IMG/VR virus record: IMGVR_UViG_3300025286_000008
Location: 1 to 62,477 of that record
Strand: one strand, 5' to 3'
Source: a virus
Lineage: Duplodnaviria > Caudoviricetes
DNA length: 62,477 nt
Shown: in pieces, positions 50,087 through 58,822 of the stretch
Position numbering within the stretch: position 1 is the first letter of the stretch
How the letters are laid out: the number at the start of each line of letters is the position of its first letter
Program-made: the position numbers and the translations under genes
The notes under the pieces: model-generated
The model's database searches: none
Told to the model about the DNA's origin: nothing
Seen by the model: the letters and a program-made list of their open reading frames with translations, nothing else

Positions 50087-50107
50087 TATAATTTCTCCTA
50101 GAAAGAC

Positions 50108-50779
50108 TTATTTAGATTTAAGGACTACGTCTTCAACCCATTGGGACAGACCAGCACGAGCCGTCGATAGTTCGTCTTCTTCACTATCGTCGGTGCTAGC
50201 CATTGAAGTATCAGCATCAACGCTGTCCGACTCTACTACTTCAGACGAATCAGCCTCTTCCGAAGCCTCCGCATCTTCAACAACTTCGTCAGTATCAGCA
50301 GCAGCTTCATCAGCATGCTCTTCGTCGGCAACATCATCGGATGCAACAACGGGTTTCAGTTCCGAGACAGTCTGCACAATCGCATCGAACTGCTCGTCGT
50401 TAAGAGACTCAAAAGCTTCAAGCTTCGCGTCAGCTTCATCAGCAGACAATCCAGCCTCAACAAGAGAAGCGTGTCGCTTCTTCTTTTTCTCTTCTTTTCT
50501 CATCTTCTCAAAGTTGGCCTGAATCTCATTGAGTTCAGTGGCCGTGGTGGACAGGTCCGACTTCAGACCCTCTACCGTTGTATTAGCTTCAGTCAGTTTA
50601 CCTTCGAGATCAGTCTTAGCTTCAGTTAGCTCGACAACGTCGGCTTCCAAGGCTACGATTTTATCTTCAAATTGGGAAACGTTTGCCGCCGCCAGCTTAT
50701 TATTCAACTCTTTGTTTTCCTCTGTGAGGGTGGCAAGAGTTTCTTTAAGCTCTTTGATTTGATCATTTTGATCGCTCAT
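50108..50779 (-). CDS. Nested in-frame scaffolding protein
   Basis: TAAGGAG RBS (50786-50792) 6 nt before in-frame ATG 50779, at the start of the coiled coil. Confidence 0.65.
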   Translation of the reverse strand: MSDQNDQIKELKETLATLTEENKELNNKLAAANVSQFEDKIVALEADVVELTEAKTDLEGKLTEANTTVEGLKSDLSTTATELNEIQANFEKMRKEEKKKKRHASLVEAGLSADEADAKLEAFESLNDEQFDAIVQTVSELKPVVASDDVADEEHADEAAADTDEVVEDAEASEEADSSEVVESDSVDADTSMASTDDSEEDELSTARAGLSQWVEDVVLKSK

Positions 50780-51679
50780 CATAGACTCCTTATTGGTATT
50801 ACACTCAAAAGAATTATCTTCTGTATCTGTATTTACACCATTTTCGTTTAAAAAGAGAGATTCGTCCTTCGAAACGTTGGCGAATGAAAAAATATGGTTC
50901 CTATCAAAGATAATACTATCTGGATTGGCTGGCTTGTCAACAAAGCCCTTGCCGCTAAAGGTAATATTTCTTAATACTCGCCCTATTTTGTGGCCTTGAA
51001 AAGTTCCCGTTCCACCATATGCACGTAGATGCTGTGAAAGGAACGCTGTATCTTCTGAACGAGCCAAAATATGGTTCTGTCCGTCAGGGGCTACTACTCC
51101 AAAGTCGAAACCATGAAAAATACATTCCATCGAAACAAACTTATTCCCATCGTCTATCGCCTGAATAAGCTCTGTGGCCCTAGCCTGAAGCTCGGGGTCT
51201 TGCCACTGCTTGTAAATTACTGAGGCGACCAAAAGATGGTACAGGTCAGGCAACTCTACCGGCTCGTCGTTTGCAGCAGCCTCAGTCTCTTCAGTCATAA
51301 GACTTAGGTCTGCGTTGATGGGCCAGCTAGAAGTGATACCACCAACAATTTGTTTTTCGTCATGCTCGATGTTTGTAGGCTTAAATCTAGGAGTGTTGCG
51401 AGCAGCCCACACTTCGTCTTTATCAAATACATCATCGTTTTTATTCCACACTGTAGAAACAAGGATGGAAAATACATGGTGAACGTCAGGATCGTCTACA
51501 TTAGCCTCTGTCAATTCATCTATCAATGCCTGTGATGCAGTTGCCTTAGCTTCGTCACTCCACATTGGATCGTGACTGGCTACTGGGGCTGTAAAGGCGA
51601 TAGAGGACTGGGATCGAATCTTGTGTTCAAGTCCCGCCTCTTTTTCTGCCGCATATACAGTTATGGGTTTAATGCTCAT
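50108..51679 (-). CDS. Prohead protease fused to scaffold
   Basis: NKNDDVF, PTNIEHD, VSMEC, GFVDKPAN protease motifs; acidic coiled-coil C-terminal half. Confidence 0.75.
   Translation of the reverse strand: MSIKPITVYAAEKEAGLEHKIRSQSSIAFTAPVASHDPMWSDEAKATASQALIDELTEANVDDPDVHHVFSILVSTVWNKNDDVFDKDEVWAARNTPRFKPTNIEHDEKQIVGGITSSWPINADLSLMTEETEAAANDEPVELPDLYHLLVASVIYKQWQDPELQARATELIQAIDDGNKFVSMECIFHGFDFGVVAPDGQNHILARSEDTAFLSQHLRAYGGTGTFQGHKIGRVLRNITFSGKGFVDKPANPDSIIFDRNHIFSFANVSKDESLFLNENGVNTDTEDNSFECNTNKESMMSDQNDQIKELKETLATLTEENKELNNKLAAANVSQFEDKIVALEADVVELTEAKTDLEGKLTEANTTVEGLKSDLSTTATELNEIQANFEKMRKEEKKKKRHASLVEAGLSADEADAKLEAFESLNDEQFDAIVQTVSELKPVVASDDVADEEHADEAAADTDEVVEDAEASEEADSSEVVESDSVDADTSMASTDDSEEDELSTARAGLSQWVEDVVLKSK
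50829..50839 (-). promoter_or_regulatory. Candidate late promoter GGTGTAAATAC (intragenic)
   Basis: GGTGTA core about 50 nt upstream of the nested scaffold start. Confidence 0.45.
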
Positions 51680-53814
51680 TAGTTACTCCGACTATTAACA
51701 TAAAAAGATACTTTTAAGTCTCTTAGTTCATCCACACTGAACGAACGCTTATTTAGTAATGTTAGAGCTTCGTTAGTCCACCTCTCGAATTCACGATGAA
51801 TTCCTGGGTTGGGCCTTTGTGAAGCTTCTGCTATATTAGCCTCTGTTATCTCGTCGTCTATATCTAAATTACACAAAATCTCAAATTTAAGCTTCTCTAA
51901 CTGGTCAAACTGATCTCCGGTCAGGCTTCTAGCATCGCTTTTACCGAATGATGCAATAACTTGAGGATTGATAATAGACGTTATACTCTTCTGTGCTTCC
52001 TTGGCCCAAATCTCTACAGCGGCCTTGTTTTTAGGCGTAAATTGCCTTTCTTTACGAGGCTTAGAGTCTTGGCTATTCTTGGGTCTTCCTGGCTGGCCAG
52101 TATTGTCTTGCTCTGGCGGCTGACCAGTATTCACCTTTGTCTCCTTCATGTCCTGGCCCGACTTCTCACCCTTCTTCTTAGGCTGTAGTTCTAAGCCAAC
52201 TTCAGAAGGGGCTACTACCTGTGTCTGCAAGGCGATCTTTTCCAAGGCATGATTTTGATCTACTTGATGATACGGGCTAACCTTCTCCATGTCCGACCTT
52301 TCTCTTTTCTTGTCCTCTCCAATAACTCGACGCTTCTCGATGGCAGGATTAGCCTTAACGTTTCTTTGTACAAACTCGTCGCTAATAATATTACGATCTG
52401 CCAGATTCATTAGTAAAGTAGTTACAGCAGTTGGATCGTCGAGATGCATGAAATCAAATTCAATCTGTGCGGGCAATCTGAAGCCCATAGCTTTTTGCAC
52501 TAGCTTTAACTGTGTTGTCCAATGCTCAATAAGAATACCTCTGACGTAGTTTAGACGCTCTGTCAAGGTTTTCAAAGAAATGAAATTATTGGTGGTTCCA
52601 GAAGCCCCAAAGGTTCCAGTCAGTGTCGGGGGGATTCCTAAAGTAGCATAGATAGCCATTAAAGTTGGGCGATATTTCTCTTCACCTAGAAACTGTTGTA
52701 CATCACTACTGGTTTCAATAAGTTCAATATCTGGCCCCCATATGACATCAATAGTCCCGCCACCAACATTTGCACCTAGCATATTGGCAAGGGTGGAGGA
52801 GGCTGTGGGCGTAGGTGCTAACTTGTGTTCTAGTGAACCGATCTTCCATACTCTAATCTTGGAGATCGCACCATCAAGAGCGGCCTTGTCTGCCAACTGC
52901 AATCTTTGGTAGAGATTGAGGGATTCAAAAGCAGAATAGGTCATGGGGTCAGCCCAACTCTGCCAATCGTCTTTTTTATAATGATACAAATAAGTCTTGT
53001 CGGGGGGAAGCATCAAGTCTTGCTGACTTTGTACAGCACGAATAATATCGGGCGAAACATCTTCCAGGGCTCTGCGGCTAGCTTCGTCATGGGCATTGAG
53101 TAGTCGCTGAACCTCTTTCTGAATATGAAAGGGGATACGCAGCAAGAGAGATTTGTTTTTAGACAGGGTATTAAGCGTTCCACCTATCGGCTCTATCAAT
53201 AGGGGGTCTAGAAATGTATATTTCCAAGGCAGTTCATTCTTTTGGAAAGTAGAGGAAGTGTCTAACCGAATGTCTGCGGCCCCGGCGGATTTTTGCATTT
53301 CCAAGCGTTTTTGCTTATTGATCTTAGCCGTGAACATGCGGATAGGGACGTTCGCTTCTCTGAAGAGAAGATGCGATAGTCGTTCCGATACACGCTTACC
53401 TTCTACTTGAAAGAACCAGTCATTTAGAAAGCTTTCAATTCGAGGGCTAGGATGTGCAATCCTGATACCCTGACATGCAAAATCTCCCATTAGGTCGATT
53501 GCATTATGAATGATACCAATGCGACGATAAACAAATCGAGCATAAGCAATAATATCTTTAGGCTTTACCGGAGCCTCTTGACCAGGACGGAACCAGTCAA
53601 AATCCCTACCCCTTAGTCCAGGCCGTCCATCTGCATAGGAGGTTACGCCTGAAAAGTCCCTACGTGTATTAGCAACGCTGTGGCTAGCCTCTTCCATCGC
53701 TTCAGCATATGTTCTAAATGCTTGGTCTGGATTATCTTCCCAAGTGATATATGCTGGGCCGCTAAGTTCTAGTTTCCTATCGTTTTCACTTTTAGGATAT
53801 CTTTGCTTACTCAT
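51679..53814 (-). CDS. Portal protein
   Basis: 711 aa between terminase and protease; IDLMGDF and LGIPP motifs; C-terminal GRP linker. Confidence 0.85.
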   Translation of the reverse strand: MSKQRYPKSENDRKLELSGPAYITWEDNPDQAFRTYAEAMEEASHSVANTRRDFSGVTSYADGRPGLRGRDFDWFRPGQEAPVKPKDIIAYARFVYRRIGIIHNAIDLMGDFACQGIRIAHPSPRIESFLNDWFFQVEGKRVSERLSHLLFREANVPIRMFTAKINKQKRLEMQKSAGAADIRLDTSSTFQKNELPWKYTFLDPLLIEPIGGTLNTLSKNKSLLLRIPFHIQKEVQRLLNAHDEASRRALEDVSPDIIRAVQSQQDLMLPPDKTYLYHYKKDDWQSWADPMTYSAFESLNLYQRLQLADKAALDGAISKIRVWKIGSLEHKLAPTPTASSTLANMLGANVGGGTIDVIWGPDIELIETSSDVQQFLGEEKYRPTLMAIYATLGIPPTLTGTFGASGTTNNFISLKTLTERLNYVRGILIEHWTTQLKLVQKAMGFRLPAQIEFDFMHLDDPTAVTTLLMNLADRNIISDEFVQRNVKANPAIEKRRVIGEDKKRERSDMEKVSPYHQVDQNHALEKIALQTQVVAPSEVGLELQPKKKGEKSGQDMKETKVNTGQPPEQDNTGQPGRPKNSQDSKPRKERQFTPKNKAAVEIWAKEAQKSITSIINPQVIASFGKSDARSLTGDQFDQLEKLKFEILCNLDIDDEITEANIAEASQRPNPGIHREFERWTNEALTLLNKRSFSVDELRDLKVSFYVNSRSN

Positions 53815-53841
53815 TTATAAAAGTCCAGTAAGAGGAGTAGG

Positions 53842-53869
53842 GATTGTAATACCTATTGATTGTTACACC
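53842..53869 (-). promoter_or_regulatory. Candidate late promoter GGTGTAACAATC with a tandem imperfect copy
   Basis: GGTGTAACAATC-aata-GGTATTACAATC in the terminase-portal intergenic region. Confidence 0.5.
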
Positions 53870-53877
53870 AATGCCTA

Positions 53878-55944
53878 TTATTTTCGCTTGATAACTCGGA
53901 CAGCAGAAGGGGAGTAGCCTTGCCACCCCTGGCCCGAATACATACCCTTATTTGGATCATGCCCCTTGCCGCCAGGAACAGTAGCGATACGCCCCACGCT
54001 TCTATAGGCTGGAGGGGTAATTTCTCTCTCCATAGACCTAGCTATCATATTGGCAATGATTAGGGCACTATATCTATCTTTCCGCATACGCCCTTTCTTG
54101 CCGGTCTTGAGCTTAATCTCTGGAGTGTCGAAGCGTTCTCTGCCTGTAGCTGTTCTGCTGACCGTAATAGTGGATAGCTCTGTTTTTAGCTCTTCTATCT
54201 CTAATACAGCATCTTCCAGAGTGTCATATAGTTTTAATGCTGCGTTGTCGCCCAGCTTGTCTTTCATGTCTGCAAACTGCCGCTTGTCATGTTCCGAAAC
54301 TAAGGATAGCGTGATATTGTCGAACTGCGGGAATAGGGCCACCCTATCTTCCATGTCTTTTCTTAGACCATGATTAGATTGTGAAGTCCAGACAGCATTA
54401 GCAAACTGAATAAACTCTAAGATATGATCTCCGTCTAGCATGTCCGTATCCTTCTCTTTCTTCTCATCAATCGTAGGAAGGATCGGTCTTTCCCCAGGCA
54501 TCATTTTATCTTTGTCTCGTAAGCCTTCAGCAATGGCGTAACCACCACCCTGAGAGTCTATGCCTATCGACACGCAGGGAAACAGTCTATATAGATCACG
54601 TATTTTTCTGACACAGAAACTATAATAATCGTCTATCTCTGTCAAGCCTAATTTCTTACGCTGCTGGAAGTCTTTCTTGCTAGTAGTCCAAGAGTAGACT
54701 ATCCTGTGATGCTCTGCTCTGAGTTCAATTACTATGATGGCAAAATTATCGTTCTCGGAAGCAGGATCAATACCAAAAACATACCTGCCGTTGGCAGTCC
54801 CTCTAGTCATAACATTGAACGGGGTTTCACACCATGCTGGCCATCCAGGTTTTGCGATCTGTTTTTCGTTGGCTGTACAGCCTTCGATAAGAGTTCTTTT
54901 ATAGAACCCCTGAGAGTCTTTAGCAAAGACCGCCCCATACTCCATCATATAGATGCCGCTATGCATAGTCGCACGAGAACGTGATACCTGCTGGTCGTCC
55001 ATGAAGCCTTCGGGGATTAGCTCATAGGGCATCCTGATTATACTAAACTGCCCTCGGTCTAGCTTCTGCATATACTCTGGAACATTACCCTCTTCCTCTT
55101 CACCCTCTTCTACAGTCTTATACTTAATCATCTTCTTATATATTTTCCAGTAGTCAGCAAAAGGTTCAAAGTCATAACCCGCCGTACCAGAAAGAATAGA
55201 TTGGTTCTGATGCCGCTCTTTATATACTTCTTCGTGACCCTCTGTCCACTCATCGTCCTCTTGCATCGCTTTACGCTTAGCTGCTTCCTTTACATTATCC
55301 ACTGGCTCTTTAGCAACCGCCGCAAAACCGGCCACAACAGTCTCGTAGATTTCAACGGGGATGGAGTTAAATTCGTCAGCGATAATGGTATGGGCACGTA
55401 AACCTCTAATCTTGCTACCATCACCAAGCGGAACCGCAATTGTCCAGCTATCATTAACCTTCAATGTGCAACGGTCAACGTCTCTGCGAGGGCCGCTGTT
55501 ATCACTGCACAGGCTTCTAAACAGGGGGGCATTTTTCCATAGCACATCCATGTACTCAAAGATAACCTTAGACTGTCTAAAAGCCGCACCAACAACAACG
55601 ATCTTAGAACCTGGAACTAACAGGCATCGCAGCATCGCGTATACGGCTAACAGATAAGACTTACCAAAACCACGAGATGCGATATACATAGGAAAAGCCT
55701 TAGTCCATAATTCTTGTAGAATTACACACTGTTCTGGCAATAGGTCTACGCCTAAGATATGCTTGACCGTCCAATGGATATACTTAGGGTTACGCATAAT
55801 GCGTAGAATGTGAAGATGATAATTCTCTTTTTCCCAGTCACCGAGATCGTGCAATGGGTTTTGTATCTTTGCTGCTTTTAAGTCTTCACCAGATACTCTT
55901 AAATAAGCATGCTCGTAATCATCAACGTTGTACATATATTTCAT
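53878..55944 (-). CDS. Terminase large subunit
   Basis: Walker A SRGFGKS, Walker B IIADE, nuclease GIDPA and KDRYSA. Confidence 0.93.
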   Translation of the reverse strand: MKYMYNVDDYEHAYLRVSGEDLKAAKIQNPLHDLGDWEKENYHLHILRIMRNPKYIHWTVKHILGVDLLPEQCVILQELWTKAFPMYIASRGFGKSYLLAVYAMLRCLLVPGSKIVVVGAAFRQSKVIFEYMDVLWKNAPLFRSLCSDNSGPRRDVDRCTLKVNDSWTIAVPLGDGSKIRGLRAHTIIADEFNSIPVEIYETVVAGFAAVAKEPVDNVKEAAKRKAMQEDDEWTEGHEEVYKERHQNQSILSGTAGYDFEPFADYWKIYKKMIKYKTVEEGEEEEGNVPEYMQKLDRGQFSIIRMPYELIPEGFMDDQQVSRSRATMHSGIYMMEYGAVFAKDSQGFYKRTLIEGCTANEKQIAKPGWPAWCETPFNVMTRGTANGRYVFGIDPASENDNFAIIVIELRAEHHRIVYSWTTSKKDFQQRKKLGLTEIDDYYSFCVRKIRDLYRLFPCVSIGIDSQGGGYAIAEGLRDKDKMMPGERPILPTIDEKKEKDTDMLDGDHILEFIQFANAVWTSQSNHGLRKDMEDRVALFPQFDNITLSLVSEHDKRQFADMKDKLGDNAALKLYDTLEDAVLEIEELKTELSTITVSRTATGRERFDTPEIKLKTGKKGRMRKDRYSALIIANMIARSMEREITPPAYRSVGRIATVPGGKGHDPNKGMYSGQGWQGYSPSAVRVIKRK

Positions 55945-56422
55945 ATGCTTCTCTCATGATCTTATAAGCTTCTTGCTCGGCCTTTAATTTGTCGCCACAA
56001 AAGATAATCTTGATACCGTAGTCTTCAGCCGTGTGCAAAACCTTCCTGATATACTTAACAGCAATGCGAGGCTTACCGTTGGCCCAGCACATTCTTTTGC
56101 GTACAGCAGGAGGGACTTTGGCAGAATGAGGATATCGTTCTATATCTTCCTCGTTAAACTCAAAGATAATATAGGAGTGAGGTATTTCTGACAGCCTCTT
56201 CATGCAATCGCCCCAGCGTTTCTCTACGCAGTTGCGAGCAAACTCCTGTATCGTTTCTTTTCGCTCTATAGCTAAAAAATCCTCCAAACCTTGGAGGCTA
56301 TAGTCGCCGGTGTCTAGTTTCTCAATAAGAGTACCAGCACAATGGCTATCCTCGTCAAAGGACCAGCCATGTGCCAGTTGCTCTCTTGAGTCTCTAATAA
56401 CAGTGAACTTACTTGGTTCCAT
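55922..56422 (-). CDS. ERCC4/XPF-family nuclease
   Basis: VIRDSREQ, GDYS, IERK; likely start ATG 56422. Confidence 0.85.
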   Translation of the reverse strand: MEPSKFTVIRDSREQLAHGWSFDEDSHCAGTLIEKLDTGDYSLQGLEDFLAIERKETIQEFARNCVEKRWGDCMKRLSEIPHSYIIFEFNEEDIERYPHSAKVPPAVRKRMCWANGKPRIAVKYIRKVLHTAEDYGIKIIFCGDKLKAEQEAYKIMREAYEIYVQR

Positions 56423-57347
56423 TTGGATAAAAATCCAAGGTTGCCTTATCTGAGTCCAGCTTGTGTTCAAGCGTGGGATAAGCCTTGGCATCCTTAGTGA
56501 AGGCACGAATAGTCGAGGGGGTATTCTCCAGATTGATATCGTAGATTTCTTCCAACGACGGTACTTTGGCACTAGGGTCTAGCAACCACTGAACCTCGAA
56601 GCGTTCGGCCCAGTTGTAGATACGACGAGCGGGAACGATAAAGTTAAAAGTCTCGCCAGCACCACGAACCAACATACCCATATACTTGCCATCTTTGGTG
56701 AAGACACCACCACCCGACGAGCCAGGAAAAGCTGGGCATGAGGTCTGGTCAAACAGCGTACCAGCCCCATTACCCAACTGAAGGAGACGGCCCGTTTGAG
56801 AAACGTTGCCGGTTGTCATCGAGTTAGAACCAGCCTGACCCAAAAGCGATCCAACATGGATAAGCTCAGTGCCGACATTGCATACTGCATCATTGTAAAA
56901 GGTGGCGTTCGCCGTGGTGAATCCAGGCTTACGAACCAAGAGAAGTGCGAGGTCGTGTCCGTGAGTAGCATCCGAATACAGAATGACTTTGCAGTCCATA
57001 ACGTGTTCGCCAACCTTGCGACCATTGACTTGATCTTCCTTCAAGATTTGTACATCTCGGAATTCGACCAAAATCTTCGGAGTTCCGTTCGGACCAATAA
57101 TGGTACGAGTAGAGCGAAGGTCTTCAATAACATGGGCGGCAGTAAGGACAAAGTTCATAGAAACTGTCTTGCCGTCCGTGTCAACAACATCTCGGGTAAT
57201 GAGAACGCCAGAGCCTTGCGAACCGCCCGCACGAATGGTGACACTAACATCCTGCAACAGTTTCGCTACGTCGTTTGCAATGGCAACATTCGCCAGCATA
57301 GCAACGGTAGTCATGGCCAGGAACGCATGTGTAGAAAAACGCTTCAT
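56409..57347 (-). CDS. Secreted trypsin-like serine protease
   Basis: Signal peptide; catalytic triad LTAAHV / HDLALL / PGSSGG; AGGAG RBS. Confidence 0.9.
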   Translation of the reverse strand: MKRFSTHAFLAMTTVAMLANVAIANDVAKLLQDVSVTIRAGGSQGSGVLITRDVVDTDGKTVSMNFVLTAAHVIEDLRSTRTIIGPNGTPKILVEFRDVQILKEDQVNGRKVGEHVMDCKVILYSDATHGHDLALLLVRKPGFTTANATFYNDAVCNVGTELIHVGSLLGQAGSNSMTTGNVSQTGRLLQLGNGAGTLFDQTSCPAFPGSSGGGVFTKDGKYMGMLVRGAGETFNFIVPARRIYNWAERFEVQWLLDPSAKVPSLEEIYDINLENTPSTIRAFTKDAKAYPTLEHKLDSDKATLDFYPNGTK

Positions 57348-57374
57348 TATCTTTTCTCCTTCTTTTTTTTAAGC

Positions 57375-57731
57375 TCACTTCTTCCGATTTTTTTTGAGCT
57401 TTCTAATCATTTGACACTCTAATAATTTTAAGAAGAAAACCTCGTAGTCAACTTCCTTCCCCTTAACAAAAGCATGGTGACGCTTACAAAGCGTGATCCC
57501 ATTTGCCAGCACAAAACGTAAGGCGGGGTATTTTGCCCAGGTTTTAATATGATGGACTTCCAAGCTGTTCTTATTGCGGCAGCCACAATTGGGCCACTGA
57601 CACCTCTTTCCATCTCTTTTTTTAACGTCCTCCCTCCATTTAATGTAGATTGGACTCCGATGTCCTCTGCTGTCGTACTTTGGTTTGTTACTAAAACGTT
57701 TAGGTCTTGGATATCTCTTTTTTCGTGGCAT
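57375..57731 (-). CDS. HNH endonuclease
   Basis: WR..VKKRD..CQWPNC..LEVHH..NGITLC..HH; ATG at 57731 with GGAG. Confidence 0.85.
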   Translation of the reverse strand: MPRKKRYPRPKRFSNKPKYDSRGHRSPIYIKWREDVKKRDGKRCQWPNCGCRNKNSLEVHHIKTWAKYPALRFVLANGITLCKRHHAFVKGKEVDYEVFFLKLLECQMIRKLKKNRKK

Positions 57732-58797
57732 CAATGTCGCTCCGAACCATCCGATGAACCAATTGGTCAAATGAAATCTCAGGTGTCCAGTGTAATTTGT
57801 TTTCTGCCTTAGTAGGACGACCACACAAGTATTCCACCTCTGCCGGTCTATAGTATTTAGGATCAATAACAACATACGGCTCAAAGTCATCAATACCGAT
57901 CTCCTTAAACGCCCTCTCCAAAAACTGGCGAACGTTGTAGGTGTGTCCGGTAGCAATTACATAGTCATCTGCCTCTTCCTGCTGCAACATGAGCCACATT
58001 GCTTTTACATAGTCCTCCGCATGCCCCCAATCTCGATATGCCTCAAGATTGCCCAAGCGTAACTTGGGGAAAGAAATAGGCTTATCATAGTTTGTGGTAA
58101 CAACATTGTCTCCATCAAACTTTAGCCCACAGAAGTTATATCGTTTCTTCCAGTGGTGGAAATTAGCGATCCACTTCGTAATCTTCCTCGTGACAAACTT
58201 CTCTCCACGACGCTCGCTCTCATGGTTAAAGAGAATGCCGCAAGATGCATGCAGACCGTAACCATCTCTATAAATCCTAACCAAGTCGTGTGCCGCCAGC
58301 TTAGCACAGGCATAAGGCGACTGTGGCATGAAAGGCGTATTCTCGTCTTGATACTTTTCAGATGTCCTGCCGTCATACAGGTCAGGTAGCTCTGTAAAAT
58401 TCTTCCCAAACAGTTCGCTAGTGGAAGCCTGATAGAACTTAATTGATTTGTCGTACCGATTAATAGCCTCTAGGAAATTAAGTGGCCCCTTGGCATTCAC
58501 ATCGAAAGTATATAGCGGCTGTTCAAAGGAGGTAGCTACATGCGACTGTGCCGCAAGATTATAGACCTCGTCGAAGTTACCCTTTTCAATGATCGAGTAT
58601 ACCGAAAGAGTGTCACACACCTCGCCCTCAACCAAGGTCACGCGAGGATTATCAATCAAGTGATTCAGTCTTGTCAGATTAGAAACACTACTCCTACGAA
58701 CCAATCCGACTACCTCATAGCCCTTTTCCAACAAAAGCTCTGCTAGATAAGACCCGTCTTGACCAGTCACGCCCGTAATCAACGCCCTCTTAGCCAT
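57700..58797 (-). CDS. gmd: GDP-mannose 4,6-dehydratase
   Basis: ALITGVTGQDGSYLAE, NLAAQSHV, QASTSELFG, SPYACAK, LFNHES, RDWGHA. Confidence 0.97.
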   Translation of the reverse strand: MAKRALITGVTGQDGSYLAELLLEKGYEVVGLVRRSSVSNLTRLNHLIDNPRVTLVEGEVCDTLSVYSIIEKGNFDEVYNLAAQSHVATSFEQPLYTFDVNAKGPLNFLEAINRYDKSIKFYQASTSELFGKNFTELPDLYDGRTSEKYQDENTPFMPQSPYACAKLAAHDLVRIYRDGYGLHASCGILFNHESERRGEKFVTRKITKWIANFHHWKKRYNFCGLKFDGDNVVTTNYDKPISFPKLRLGNLEAYRDWGHAEDYVKAMWLMLQQEEADDYVIATGHTYNVRQFLERAFKEIGIDDFEPYVVIDPKYYRPAEVEYLCGRPTKAENKLHWTPEISFDQLVHRMVRSDIDATKKEISKT

Positions 58798-58822
58798 CTA
58801 TTGTTTCCTTATTGTATTCGAT

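Noticed and set aside
55922-57956. Long N-terminal extensions of the ERCC4 (56572) and HNH (57956) ORFs
   Set aside because: They overlap upstream genes extensively; downstream ATGs at 56422 and 57731 coincide with the domain starts.
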